64,000 bases of DNA from Octopus vulgaris (Eukaryota): positions 16,244,001 through 16,308,000 of the forward strand of contig OX597821.1 in NCBI GenBank assembly GCA_951406725.2, in the 5' to 3' direction. Under the pieces are notes generated by a model. The model saw only the letters and a list, made by a program, of their open reading frames with translations, did no database searches and had not been told where the DNA came from. Of the stretch, positions 1-14,133 are shown piece by piece (the stretch's first letter is position 1; each line of letters starts with the position of its first letter). The translations under genes were made by a program, and so were the position numbers.

Positions 1-1379
1 GATATTCCTTCCTGCTCTCTGCGTTCTTAATTTAAATTCCACCTTCGTACTCCTTTCGGATTCGATAAATCCAGTAATGAAGTCAACTCATTTCTCTCAT
101 TCTCTCTCTCCCTCCCTCCCGTTCTCAGACTAACTTACTCTCTTTCTCTTTTTCTCTCTCTCTCTCTCTCTTTTTGTCTGTATGTTACTCTGTTTGTCTC
201 ACCCTCTCGTTGTTGTTAAAATAAGTAAAAGCTTTCTCTTCATGCAACTTATGCATTCCCTAGTGTTAACATTAACATAGATTGTTTTAAAACTCTATAA
301 CTAAACATTAATATTGAATGTGATATAGCAATATTCCTGAAATGTAATGAATGATGAGAAACGAACAGAAGGGAAATTGCACTACTTTGTAACAAAGGTA
401 AAAGTGTTTGTCTGTTTAATAAAAGTAGCAATAAATCATGTTTCGTAACAACTGTATCATTTAATAGAGCATCACTAAAGTAAATTTTGCTATTACTGCC
501 CAGAAAAGAAAAACATCCATTATATTTGAAATTGTCTGTCTGAAAACACAAAACTAAAAACGATGAAATGCATCTCGTCAAATCACGGTGCATTTTTGAG
601 AAATATGATCGGGCAAGCAGATAGAACCGATGTCCAAGAAAAGTTACAGAACATTGTTTGCTATCATTATTTTTTTTAATCTGATATTCTATGTTTAACT
701 TTCATTTGTCCTCTATATTTGCCAAACTAATCGATTTCATTATATGGATGTTTGCATTGTTATTGTTAACGAGTAAGAAACAATAATCGTTGGTTAAGAA
801 CCATGAAAGTTGGAATTTACTCTTGATAAAATATCTGTACATCTCATAATATTTTCAAGCAATGTCTTGTTTCTTATTCCCTTTAGCCATGAAATGAAAT
901 ACATTTAATCATGTTTCATTTTGGAATTAGATATTATGTAATATACTTATTACGCCATCATGATAGACTAATATTATGTAAAGACAGAATATATTCACAA
1001 GAGATATTGTTTGGTGTTCAGTTTAGAAAAAGATAAATAGATTGTCACATTTTGTTACCTCAGTTCAGGACATTCAAGTATCCCAATAAACATTTCTTAT
1101 ATGATGTTAATATATAAGTCAACAACTTACAATGGTTCTTTCTTGAAATATTGATTTTGTTATTTAAAACGAAAGTAAATAATTTTGTGATTAAAAACTG
1201 GTCGAATGAAACAGCCATCTATATTATGATAACTTCTTTTATGATGAGAGAAAGAAGTGTTATCCTCAGGCAATTTGTCACAGTAGTTTTTACGCACACA
1301 CACGCATTCTCTCTCTGGCACACACACATGCACGGACGTCAACACAAACACATATATATGTATGAGTGTATACACACAC

Positions 1380-1445
<66 letters not shown>

Positions 1446-1470
1446 TTGTATATATAAATGCATGTGTGCG

Positions 1471-1513
<43 letters not shown>

Positions 1514-2415
1514 GGTGTGTGTGTGAGATAGATAGATAGATAGATAGATATCGGCGGCTTCGTTTTTTATATAGAAAGGTATTTTAAATATGATGCGAAA
1601 CATTTCATTGCTTTGGTTTGCACAAATATCCGTCTTCAGAGTAGTTGCAAATGTCAATGCATCATTAAAAGAATAGATAGGTTTTCATTTTAACATGTCA
1701 AACTGCGTAACATCTGCAATTATAAACCCTGCAAATATGTCTGTGTATTGTGCGAGGAAAATGCGTTATAAATAAATTGTAGTTAGTTACGAGTACTATT
1801 TGCAACTATTGGTAATATGACATTTTAGTCAAAGGAGCAGTGTCGATCGACTTAATCCGGTTGAGCTCGGTGATGATGATGCCATCTTTTTAATCTGTGT
1901 AGAATAATATAGATTAAGGTCCGCACTGAAGGTTTAGAATTGCAGTGTCAGAATGATTAGAAGGCAGTGAATCCGTCATTGACGACGAAGACGTTTCGAA
2001 ATAAGTGGTGCGTAACGCCTAAAACTACAAAACTAGGTGTACAGAAATACATGCCAGTTTTATACACTTGTCTATGACACATTGGTGCTAAGAGGCTGCC
2101 GGAGTAACAAAGTTAAATATGATATTAATTTCGGAAATGAACCGGCTGGCTTGTATGCTCAACTCTTTCCTTACTAATTCATTACCTGAAAAAAACAATC
2201 TCTCTGAAGATGGATATATGCGTAGACGAAAGGTGAGTAAATATTTATTCTACTGTCAGCAAGGATAACACATTAAAACTCATATATAACAGAACGGATG
2301 TTCCATCAGAAACATTAAACGAAATATTTATTAAAATGCTTGACAGACTTACAATGTTTCAGTAGTATACACATATATCTTCCTACAGGAACATATACAT
2401 ATACATACACACACA

Positions 2416-2492
<77 letters not shown>

Positions 2493-2661
2493 CAAATATA
2501 TTCATATGTACACGAAAAACATATCGGTCTATATATATTGCTTTCAATTTGCCTTTATCTATAAAATATTTATAAATGCATATGCACACACACACGCGCG
2601 CGCGCACACACACACACGCACACATGCACACACACACAAACACACACACACACACACACAT

Positions 2662-2712
<51 letters not shown>

Positions 2713-3257
2713 GGGAGACAAATAGAAAGAGAGAGTCACGTATATATGTCTCTGTGTGTTACATATTACTGTAACTCTGTAACTTTTATTTTCTATTTTA
2801 TGTTTGCTTGAATAATATAAGTTTAGAGATATATGTTTCGGAGGAACTTGGTCATAATTATTTCTTTTAAAGTAATAATAAGCTAGCCCATTGGTGGCGC
2901 TTCAAATTGATAGCAAGATGGAAGTTATTAAAACTCAAATACTAAACATTATACGTCTAGAGTGACTTCGATTGATGTTAGCACAGAGCAAACCTTTGTA
3001 TGAATACTGTCGTAATAAAGGGGGGGAAAACAGCTTACATATCTTTTGGTAATCTATCACTTTAGGAAATTATAAACTGTCGGTGCAGAAAACAAATACG
3101 ACATTAATATCGTCGGTGGTACCACCATTCATCTTTTCCTTTCCGATTAATTGCAATTTTATATCACAGTATTATCTTCACCTTACCCTTCTTTCTACCC
3201 TTCCGAATCTCTCCACCTCTTTCGCTTACTCTCCTCCTCCTCCTCCCCTCCTACTTC

Positions 3258-3290
<33 letters not shown>

Positions 3291-3505
3291 CTATCATCTC
3301 ATTACCATCGTCTCATCATCATGATCAATGTCATCATAAACGTTATTAATACTGTTTTGATAAACATCACCAGGATCATAATTGCAATCATCATTGTTCT
3401 CATTATCACAATCAACAACGTCATCATGATTTTGATCGTCGTTGTCGTCATCATGATGATCATGATCATCATCATCATCATTACAATCATCATCATCTTC
3501 ATCAT
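3258..3505. repeat. degenerate (CAT)n microsatellite
   Basis: Runs of catcatcat with variants; explains the poly-Ile/Met ORFs at 3083-3635. Confidence 0.9.
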
Positions 3506-3669
3506 TAATACTGTTATCGTTAAGAAGAAATGTTGTCCGTGTGTTGGAAAAGCTATTACTGTTTTCTCTAATTTCGCAAACGTATTTCCTTTCTCTATAT
3601 CATATGTGCGTGCGTGTGAGTATGTTTGTATTTGAACATGTGTACGCGTGTGAGGTGTGAGCCCACTCT

Positions 3670-3889
3670 CTCTTTACTCTTTACTATTTTACTTGTTTCA
3701 GACATTTGACTGCGACCATGCTGGAGCACCGCCTTTGGTCGAGCAAATCGACCCCAGGACTTATTCCTTGTAAGTCTACTACTTATTCTATCGGTCTCTT
3801 TTGCCAAACCGCTAAGTTACAGAGACATATGCTCACCAGCATCGGTTGTCAAGCGATGCTGGGAGACAAACACAGACACACTCGCACAT

Positions 3890-3960
<71 letters not shown>

Positions 3961-4114
3961 CGACAGGCTTCTTTCAGTTTCCGTCTACAAAATCCACTCA
4001 CAAGTCTTTGGTCGGCCCGAAGCTATAGTAGAAGACATATGCCCAAGGTGCCACGCAGTGGGACTGAACCCGGTTGGTAAACAAGCTACTTACCACACAG
4101 CCACTCCAACGCCT
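3670..4114 (-). mobile_element. tRNA-derived SINE, family A (full length)
   Basis: Minus strand begins aggcgttggagtggctgtgtggtaagtagcttg...ccgggttcagtcccactgcgtggcaccttgggca (A/B-box-like head), has an internal (TA/TG)n and ends ...gaaacaagtaaaa. Near-identical copies at 15743, 23147 and 43231. Confidence 0.9.
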
Positions 4115-4274
4115 ATATTCTTTATATATTTTTTATATAAAACTAATATATTCTTTATATTCTTTATATAAACCTAATAGTTTCTCATCTTGAAGACAAA
4201 CTCTGCGTATATTATGCATACACATCGGTTTTTTTTTCGTTCTCATTAAAGATTTCAATATTTAGTGATAAATA

Positions 4275-4490
4275 AAGCGGCGAGCTTGAAAAATTGTTAG
4301 CACGCCGGAGAAAATACTTAGCGGCATTTCGTCCGTCTTTACGTTCTGAGTTCAAATTCTCCCGAGGTCGACTTTGACTTTCGTCACTTCGGGGTCGATA
4401 AAATAAGAACCAGTTGAGCTTCGAGGTTAATGTAATCGATTTACTCCTCTCCCAGTAATACGGGCCTTGTACCAAAATTTAAATCAATAT
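4275..4490 (+). mobile_element. tRNA-derived SINE, family B
   Basis: gcggcgagct...gttagcacgccgg...gttctgagttcaaattc...gaggtcgactttg...cggggtcgataaaataag; same family at 21127-21680 and 54110-54310. Confidence 0.85.
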
Positions 4491-4579
4491 TAATATGGCG
4501 GCGAGCTGACATAATTGTTAGTAAACGGAAAAGTGGTGCAATCAGTGAGAAAACAGCAGGAAGTGTAGATATATAACCT

Positions 4580-4703
4580 TTTCTATTCTAGGCACAAGGC
4601 TCGAAATTTGGGAGAGCCGGCCAGTAGATTAGATCGACCCCAGTACGCAACTGGTATTTAATTTATCGCCTTCGAAAGATGAAAGACTAAATCGACCTCG
4701 GTG
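4580..4703 (-). mobile_element. SINE family B, 3' fragment (inverted)
   Basis: Reverse complement of the cgaggtcga...aagtaccagttgcgtactggggtcgatc...ccttgtgcctag segment seen at 21400-21515. Confidence 0.75.
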
Positions 4704-5229
4704 GAGTATAGATATAAAATGAAGCATAAAAATGGTTGCATGTGCATGGGTATGTGTTTATGTGTGTGTGTGAATGATAAACAATAACAGATGAATTGTG
4801 GATCACTACAGCTGTTTCAGACGTGTTTGAATGATGAAAAAAAGTATTACATAATGCAAAAAAAAGTTTTTATGGGGTTGTTACATGTAAGAGTGAAGCA
4901 TTTTGAACATCTCAATAACAAGACAAATGAGCCATTTTGATTCTACCGACCCAAATTCAGTGAGAGAGTGAAAATGGTACGCTAGCATATAGTATGTAAA
5001 GAGGAAACCGTTATAAGCCTAGATCCAGGAGGGGAGCGGATCGGGAATACGGTGGAGGAAGACGTGCGGAAGAGAGGAGAGACAAGGAAAAGTGTGTGAT
5101 CACGTAGAAGAACATATTCAGGAACATGTATGTATGTATGTATATATATATATATATATCAATGTTTTGAACCATGAAGAATTTGTAGCGGATTTTTGCA
5201 GAGTTTTGAATTGTTTTAAAATATTTTTT

Positions 5230-6114
5230 GCAATTGGCTGATTATCCAGATATAGACTTGCCCAAATGCATCAATAAATTAACATTGTTTTTCTTTTTTC
5301 ACCGTTGTTGCAATCATCTGAGATCGAACTGTGAAAGCGCGACATTCGACCAGTTTTGCTCCAGAACTCCAGATTTTTATTTTACAGGTATAAACAAACT
5401 TGTAACTCGTTAGTAAAAATGTTTTGATTGTAATGGTACTTACTTTGATGAATTATATTTCTGCGTTGTCGTGTTGTTAGCTGATCATTATGTGTTGCTT
5501 TGTCCACTCATCCATTGTTTTGGCGAACTGACAACCATCTGGCCAGCTAATGCTTCTGATACTGTCTGAGGACTATTGTTTTGTGTCAGGTCTGATGCCT
5601 TCCGTTCGCTGTCTGCCATTAAAGGCTAAAATTTGCTGAATATATGGTTGTCATTGTGCGCAGAAAAAGCGCGTCAAAGACATAATTGTGCTTATATCCG
5701 GTACCACACAGGCTCTTCAAAGGTTACGTTTGGCTGGTAAAGTTCTAACGAACCACTATCGTACACTTCAGTTCGGTTTTTGCAATAGATATAGCAATCT
5801 GAGTACGATTGCTAACTATTCCTGGTACAAATATACTTAGATACATACACCACCGATTATCACTTTTTCAAGCAACTTGATGGTTTCCTGCGAGAGGAGT
5901 TGAAAAATCAAACTGATGCTGAAAGAGCACTCAAAGATTTCATCAGCATCAGAACTCCATATTTTTATGTTACTGGGATAAACAAACTTATAACATGTTG
6001 GCAAAAATTTGTTGATTGTAATGGTACTCACTTTGATGAATAAAATTTCCGCATTGTTGGAATATATTTTGATTAATCTCATGTTTCAAAATGTTGCTTA
6101 CTTTTTATTCAGCA

Positions 6115-6120
<6 letters not shown>
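5230..6120 (+). mobile_element. Tc1/mariner transposase remnants (two C-terminal fragments with an inverted N-terminal-like piece between)
   Basis: 5849-6043 translates TTDYHFFKQLDGFLREELKNQTDAERALKDFISIRTPYFYVTGINKLITCWQKFVDCNGTHFDE*, a typical mariner C-terminus. A second copy (SRTPDFYFTGINKLVTR) lies near 5355-5450. A TIR-like end ttactttttattcagcatgata is followed by TA. Confidence 0.85.
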
Positions 6121-6159
<39 letters not shown>

Positions 6160-6354
6160 CATACGTGTGTATTTGATGCGCCGTGTTTTGTGTATGAGTG
6201 TGTAAGGGAGTGGATTGCGTGTACGTGTGTGTCCGAGCTGGAAAACCAAAATAATTTACTGTCTGATGGTTGTTTTTATAACATGAAATTGTTAAGCTCC
6301 CTATAAGTAGCTTTTCTTTAAGACTCAAGAAATCTATTGAAAGAGAGTCGTCAC

Positions 6355-6410
<56 letters not shown>

Positions 6411-6420
6411 TATAATAATA
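6355..6420. repeat. (TAA)n microsatellite
   Basis: About 20 taa units. Confidence 0.95.
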
Positions 6421-7624
6421 AAAATGAACGAACTAGTGAGTTTAGTTTAATGGCCTACCAATGTATAATATGAGTTTCTTTGCCCTAGGTGTCGGGAAGA
6501 CACCCGGCAAGAAATGGAAGCAAATTTGAAAGAAAAAAAAAATAATAATGATAATAATAACAATAATATATGCCATGTATTCATATTTCTCAACGACTTA
6601 CCCTAAGATTCTGAAATATTATCAAATAAGATTTTGGCATTTATATCTCTGTGAAATGAAGACAGATAAATTTATAAATTTGGGTACAAAACTGAAGTGT
6701 TTAGAAATAAAAGTTATTTAATTTATTGGCTTCGTATTGCCCAATATATTCCTAAGGATTTTTGATGAACAGAATTTCGATGATGATTACGATGAAATGG
6801 AGGTGGAGGAGAAAGAGCAGAAGGAAGAGGTGAAGAAGGGTAGTTGTCATGATAGTCATTTTGTTGGTTGCACGGATGCTGTGGGTTTTGCAAATTACGG
6901 GGAAGACGAGGGCGAGTTTAGCTATGTTTCTCTTTACGTTTATTCTAATTACAGAACGAGAGGGAAATGGCAAAAGCTATATTGAACATTTGCCATTTGT
7001 TCAATAAAATTATTGGAAGACTTTGGTGTCAGTCTTAAATAAGTCTTAAACACTCGCCACAAGAAAGCAACAATTGCCAAAATAGAAGATTGTAATAATA
7101 ATTCCTGAGATAGGTAAGTTGTGCTACAGATTAATCAAGTAATAGGAAGTCTGAAGATATATAACTTGCTCACTAGCCTTAGGTTAATGCGTGATGTTGT
7201 AGTAATATAAAATCCTGGTCCGTATAAGTCGAAAAGTGATTGATTGAAACACATAAGCAAGCAACATTACCGTAGGGTTAAGAAACGAGAGTAGCACTAC
7301 ATGGTGGTTTAACGTGCTTGAAATGATAGCTATATCTCCTTCAATCACAATTTAGTATAGTATAAAATAAACATATATGAGTGATCTAACTATGTATGTG
7401 TATTGTTTAAGGAAAAAAATGATAATATAGTCACAACTGAAATTCCTTTCATCTCAATCAGCTAACATGATGATAAATAGGACAAACAACGGAACCAATG
7501 GCAGAAATTTGTTGTAAAAGATTATATGTGTCTTTCTTAGATAAGATTATATGCGAATGAGGTCTAGCATATCTATGGTTTTTGCAAAGGTATATAAAAA
7601 CTAACTAGTTTCAAATTATTAAAA

Positions 7625-8153
<529 letters not shown>

Positions 8154-9067
8154 GCACTATATGCTGACAGAAAAGCAGAAGTTACAAATATGTGCACTTC
8201 GGGAATTACATGTTCAAACATTCAGTGTCATGAAATATAATTGATGGATCTATTCATCAAAATTTTAGATAGAATTATGAGAATTACGCGAACTAAATTG
8301 TAGCTGGTGTTTGTAACGTTCTTTATTTCATGAATCATCGCAACACATTTCAATGCTTCCAGCCTCGATGCACGATAATATACAAACTATGCTATGCTAT
8401 GTGTGATTTTGATTGATTCGACACTATAAGTATACGACGCATGCTCATGTTATCTTGCATGAAGTTTTAGTTCACACAGTAATATTGGTATTTTGTGTAT
8501 TTATATACTGACCATGCTAACAAATGTTTTCCGTTGTTAAGATAACCTGCGACACGTTGCAGTTTTGCTCTATTCAAACGTCATCTGCTATAATTGTGTA
8601 AACTTATTGATAGGAAATAAGTTTTTTACGTTTGAAAAAATAGTTTGTGATTGCTTCTTTATTTACGCTGCTGTTCTCTGTAAATTAGTTTATCGACAAA
8701 AACATATCCATGGTGAAAGTTTTATGATCAATAGATGTTGGTGGATTAGTAATCTATGAATTAGAAAGCTGTTGGGTTTCAATGAAGTTATCTGCAGAAG
8801 TCACACGTATCGGAACTGTCTTTATGCTCGGCATTTTGTGATATAAACACAAAACGTAAACTTGATTATTAAGAGTACATGAAAAAATATTTTAGGAATA
8901 AACAAATATAATGCAGGAAATGAAGGAAATGAAAGAATTTTAAATTAACAGAAAATAAAAATTATAATAACAAAAATCATCAAGAATTTAAAGATATATT
9001 TACATGCATATACACATATATCTATAAAAGCATATATATATATATATATATAAATTAAAATATATAG

Positions 9068-9104
<37 letters not shown>

Positions 9105-9131
9105 GACACACATTCACACGCACACACACAC

Positions 9132-9178
<47 letters not shown>

Positions 9179-9211
9179 TACACAAATTTACATACACACA
9201 TACGCACAACC

Positions 9212-9248
<37 letters not shown>

Positions 9249-9950
9249 GAGAAAGAGAGAGAAACAGAGACAGACGGAAAGATACTATGTATGTTTATGC
9301 ATGCATACACATAAATTTGAAGTAGTGAATAAAATAACTGTACAAATTTAATTAAATCTTATAATTACGGTCCGAAAAATCCCATCAATAATTGAAGAAA
9401 GCTATTACACACAATAATACTAAGACATTAAATATAAGTAAAAAATCGCCTTTCAAATATTTTGTTGCTGGTAATTGCTTTTCCTTCACAAATACTCTGG
9501 TCTCAGCTGTTTTAATATCGTTGATTTCCTGTATATGCCATTACGTAGGAATATTGTGCGCAAATTGTTACTTAAAGTAGTTTTCCGAAAATGAAATTCA
9601 GTGGAGACAAGTGATTGGCACAAACATTGCATTGCTAGACTATAATGCTATATGTATCATATCACAAGACTATATGTTTCTCTGCACTTACTGGCTGAAC
9701 AAGTTTCCAAATATTCTCGTTTAATCAACGAGAACAGTGCGAAACGTTTTCTATATTCATTAAAAATTGATCCATTGAACGTCTCTGGGAAAACTATTAA
9801 TTTCTTCTTGAAGTGCATTTGTTGTTTTCAGCAAAGCAGAATGATCCAGACCAGTTGTGGCAGATGCTCATGTGAAGCACTAAGAATGCTGGCTGAGTAT
9901 ATATAAATACGTTTATGGGCGTGTGTATGTGTGTGTGTGTGTGTGTGTGT

Positions 9951-10175
9951 TTGCTTCCTAACCAAATGGTTTCGAGTTTATTTCCACCTTGGGCAAGAGC
10001 CATCTACTACATATAATTACGAAGGGGCTTCTTTCAGTTACCCTCTATCAAATCTACTCACAAGGTGTCGGTCGGTTCTAGGCAATAGTAGTAGATTACA
10101 CTTGCCCAAGTGCCTCGCAGTGGAAACGAAACCGAAACCGAAACCATGTAGTTAGCAAGTAAACATCTTAGCACA
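9951..10175. mobile_element. SINE family A fragments in opposite orientations
   Basis: Plus-strand head fragment 9951-10010; minus-strand head 10020-10175 (cttctttcagtt...actcacaagg...cacttgcccaag). Confidence 0.7.
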
Positions 10176-10220
10176 TAAACACACGCGTGCATATGTGTGT
10201 GTGAGTGTGTGTGTGTGTGT

Positions 10221-10285
<65 letters not shown>

Positions 10286-10619
10286 ATATCTCTACCCTCA
10301 TGCTTATTTGCCTCTGTAACTGGTTAAATATTCTGAGGAATTACTTCTGCCAACATTCTAAAGTAACTCCGAGCCACCAGAAGCAACTGTCGGACTTGCA
10401 ACACTATACATTCTCCCGTTTAAATTTTTGCGCCTTTGTACTAGTTGTAAGTTTGATGTGTTAATATATAAATATCTTTATATTTATAATTGAATATTCT
10501 TCGTCTGACAATTTTCCGTCTTTGCTTTCTCTCTATTTACATGTATCCTTTTATATATGTTTCGTACATAAAACCCAAGCTGTTATATATGCTTATTTAT
10601 ATCATTGTATATGTGGGCG

Positions 10620-10870
10620 CGCGTGTGTGTGTGTCTGTGTTTGTGTGTCTTTGTTCGTCACTGCCGCTTGACAATCAGTGCTGGTGTGTTTACGTCCCTT
10701 TAATTTAGCAGTTCGGTAACAGAGGTCGATAGAATAAGTAACAGACTTTTAAAATAATAATTACTGAGATCGATTTATTGGACTGAAAGATCTTCAGGGT
10801 GGAATCCCACATGAGTGTAGAGATATAACACACACACACACACATAATGACTGAAACAAGTTAAGAGACT
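10620..10870 (+). mobile_element. SINE family A, 3' half (diverged)
   Basis: cgcttgacaa...ggtgtgtttacgtccc...gttcgg...cgatagaataagta...tgactgaaacaagt. Confidence 0.75.
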
Positions 10871-11007
10871 AAAAGGTAAATGATAAAAGTTTCAAAACGT
10901 CTTCAATTATCCTTCTACTTACACTATCATCCAGATCCTATTTCAAGAGTATTTCTTCATTGAAGCCGAAATCTCATAACAGAGCAACCTGCTCTACAAC
11001 TTTTGAT

Positions 11008-11090
11008 TACATTTTACATTGTAAAAAACACCCTTATAATCGTAATATACATTTTGCATTGTAAAGAACACCATTATGATTGTAATATAC
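11008..11090. repeat. 40-bp tandem duplication
   Basis: tacattttacattgtaaaaaacacccttataatcgtaata followed by tacattttgcattgtaaagaacaccattatgattgtaata. Confidence 0.85.
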
Positions 11091-11477
11091 TAAAATTACC
11101 CATGAATATTAAAAATTCCATTTTTGTAGCGCAGTACCAGCCATAAACATCTGAGTTGTAGTTAATAAAAACTTGTCATTTCATTCTTAATACTTCAGTT
11201 AATTACTTTCTGTTCTGAGTTTGTTGATGAAATTGTTGCTCCTTGAATTACAGTATTGATTTACTAAGGGTACTATAGTTTGATAACACTTTAAAAATTG
11301 CTCCTTTTCTTTTCTTGTTTCTTTTTCTTTTTTGTCTTTGTTATGTCAATGCGATTTCCTATATGTTTCTTACTTAGAAATCAATGAAAATGAAAGCTAT
11401 TCTCTTCAAACCTTTCTTTTCCGACCTAGACTCAATGTTTTGAAATTGACCTTTTTTTCCATTATATTTCAAACAAA

Positions 11478-11690
11478 TTCAGCGCTGAGTTGCTGAAGCG
11501 GAAATGTCGTTATAGCAAATATTCTACTCACTACAACGAATTTGCTCGTTACTTGCTTGATCTTAACCACGTGAGCATGTCTATTAGTGATTGACACTTT
11601 GTGCATCTCTAGTCATGAGCAGCTGTTGTTGCAGTGGGCGGAGGAGCATCATAGCCGTGTGCTGAGTGAGATTCTTTGGGGTTTTGAATA
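11478..11690 (+). repeat. dispersed repeat (inverted copy at 49220-49405)
   Basis: gaaatgtcgttata.caaatattct...gtgagcatgtc..ttagtg...catcatagcc matches the reverse complement of 49220-49405. Confidence 0.7.
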
Positions 11691-11944
11691 GATATTTGAA
11701 AAACAAAGATTGAAGGAAATAGCCATTTTTCATACTTCCTAGGATAAGCAAATAGGAAATAACAGTTGCTATGGAAGGACAAAAATCATGTTACACAGTT
11801 TAAGTATGGGGATAAGATTTGAGCAATAATATTTACGAGAGACTTTACTAACCGGGAAGCTGTTTCTCTTTGACGCTGTACCTTCAGTACTTTTCTTATA
11901 TATTAAGGGGTCATATAAAATAATGACGGTATACTCTATCTTTT

Positions 11945-12240
11945 TTATCATACAATAAGTAATACGTTAATTAATCAATATAAGGGTAGTAAAAAATTCA
12001 ATAGAAATTTTTTGCCACCAGCGGTCTAGTGAAAAAGAGAAAATAGTCACAGACTATGTATATAATTTCAACAACATTGAGGAACGGCCCCGATAAGCCA
12101 TTCGACCCACTAGAAAGAGCGGCGGTTTGAGTCTTGGCTGCTCTTTCTAGTGGGTCGAATGGCCTATCGGGACCGTTCCTCAATAAGTAATACGTATGCA
12201 TTACTTATTATATTTTATTGTATTACTTATTGTATCATAA
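11945..12240. mobile_element. fold-back element with a 48-bp-arm hairpin
   Basis: 12076-12184: attgaggaacggccccgataagccattcgacccactagaaagagcggc / loop / gctgctctttctagtgggtcgaatggcctatcgggaccgttcctcaat. An outer inverted pair lies at about 11946-11964 and 12221-12240. Confidence 0.8.
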
Positions 12241-12828
12241 TACTGTAGTACAAAACATGTTGAATCAATAAAAAAGACTTTAATCACTGAAAATGGTCAA
12301 TATTTTTTCTTTTTTTTTTTAGGATAAGCCTAATTCATGCATAGATAAAAAAAAAAAAATTGCAGGAACTTTCAAAATATCATGATTTAGAATTTTGAAA
12401 GAATTTTCTAAATACAATGCAATTCGGACTGTAATTCAACTCAAAATATCGAATTCATGACAACAGCAAGACTGAATTAAGATGTTAAAGGAAATTACAC
12501 ACAAAATATAAAAATTTATAAAGATGGATAGATTTGCACAGATTCAAGAATACATACAGGCACGACAAACTGATGGCGGCTATTATAGGAGTGGAGGTTG
12601 AAGTAGTGAGAGAGAAAGAAAGAGGGAGAGAGTGGGGGCGGCGTCAGTTACTATTTTAGTGGTTTTGGCAGAGATGGCGGTAGTGACGTTGGTGTTGATA
12701 AAAGTGTCTGGAGAAAAATGTTCCGAAAGATGGATGGGGATATGAGAATGAAATTAATAAAGACATAGCATCATCACACCGCCTTCCTTTCGAAAGTCCT
12801 GTCTTAAACACACTATCTCTTTCTCCCA

Positions 12829-12886
<58 letters not shown>

Positions 12887-14101
12887 GCATATATATGTGT
12901 GTATGTATGTTTTGATTCATTATCATTTACTCCACATCTATCGTATCCATCATTCACAACCAGCGCCGCTGTCACCATGACCACCACCACCACCAGCACG
13001 TTGTTTTTTGCTCTCATCATTTTCTCCCTTAGTTTTACGCATAGTTTACGAAGTTAAGAACACAGGTATTAATATATACAAAGTAGATTAATATGGTGTG
13101 ATTAAATAATTGTCTTTTTAAAATGCTGGTGTATTTGGTTGACAATAAATTCTTTTGTTCAGGTCTATACATTTGCCCGCCCGTAGAAAATATAGTATCT
13201 GGCAATAGATGTATCTCGGTTAATGCGCAGGTTAACATATATTCATAGAAAAACAATTTACGAATTCACGAAAGAGTATGAGAAGATAAATTGTACGAAG
13301 ATTACGCTGTTTTAAGTGTCACCGGCGGACACAATTCTTGCCCAACCCGCACTTCAAGGAACAGAAGGGAAAGAAGATTGTTATTCATCTGCAGTTAAAA
13401 TGTAAGCAAGGCGAAGTGTTGTATGTTATTCAAAAGTACAACGTGCGCGTTCACAGATATTAAAACAAGCCATACCAGAACATGTGAAAATGAGCGGCCG
13501 GGTGTTTAGTATTTTCGGCTCATGAGTCTAAGCTCGTGCCTTCAGTTCATGAACTGTGAGTGCGCCATGTCCTTAAACAAGATACATGATCTGACGTTTC
13601 CCAAGTCTATTCAGCTGAAAAGAATTACAAGCTATTTGTTCTGCTTCTGCTTCAGTAAGTAACAACAGGGCGCAGCTTTCTCTTCCATCAGAGGTGACAA
13701 GAAAAGTTGTCATTATCTTTAATTTGGAATGAGATGTATTTCTCTCTCCGTTATTTAACAAATATTTCATCGACCCGGGAACATGACTTATACTCATCCT
13801 ATTGCATACCGAATGGATGGCTGTCTTTCAGGATCTCCATTAAGTACTAGTTAAGTACTGATGCCGATGTAATCCACATACTCAACTCCTAAATCTTAAT
13901 CTTAATATAATTTTTTTTTTGGAGGTGGGGGGCAAGTATTGTCCCAAAATTTCAAACTCTTGATCTGTTGATACGGTAAGTACTCTACGCAACACGTAGA
14001 AACACACAGACACACACACGCACACAAATACAAATAATACATATATACAAGTATATATTTGTATATGTACATATATGTGTGTGTGTGTGTGTATCTGTAT
14101 G

Positions 14102-14133
<32 letters not shown>

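Noticed and set aside
249-593. Minus-strand 114-aa ORF with an acceptor-like ttttgtgttttcag near 540 (similar signal near 33292)
   Set aside because: No recognisable domain; hydrophobic translations and pyrimidine tracts are expected by chance in AT-rich DNA.
1975-2240. TTGACGA..GAAA and CTGAAGA..GAAA words
   Set aside because: No convincing stem I or stem III pairing, so not called hammerheads.
4801-4830. Minus-strand GAAA-cagctg-TA-gtga, resembling half a hammerhead
   Set aside because: No CUGANGA core at a plausible distance.
6737-6985. Acidic 82-aa ORF (DDDYDEMEVEEKEQKEE)
   Set aside because: Derived from low-complexity GAT/GAG repeats; no supporting splice structure or homology.
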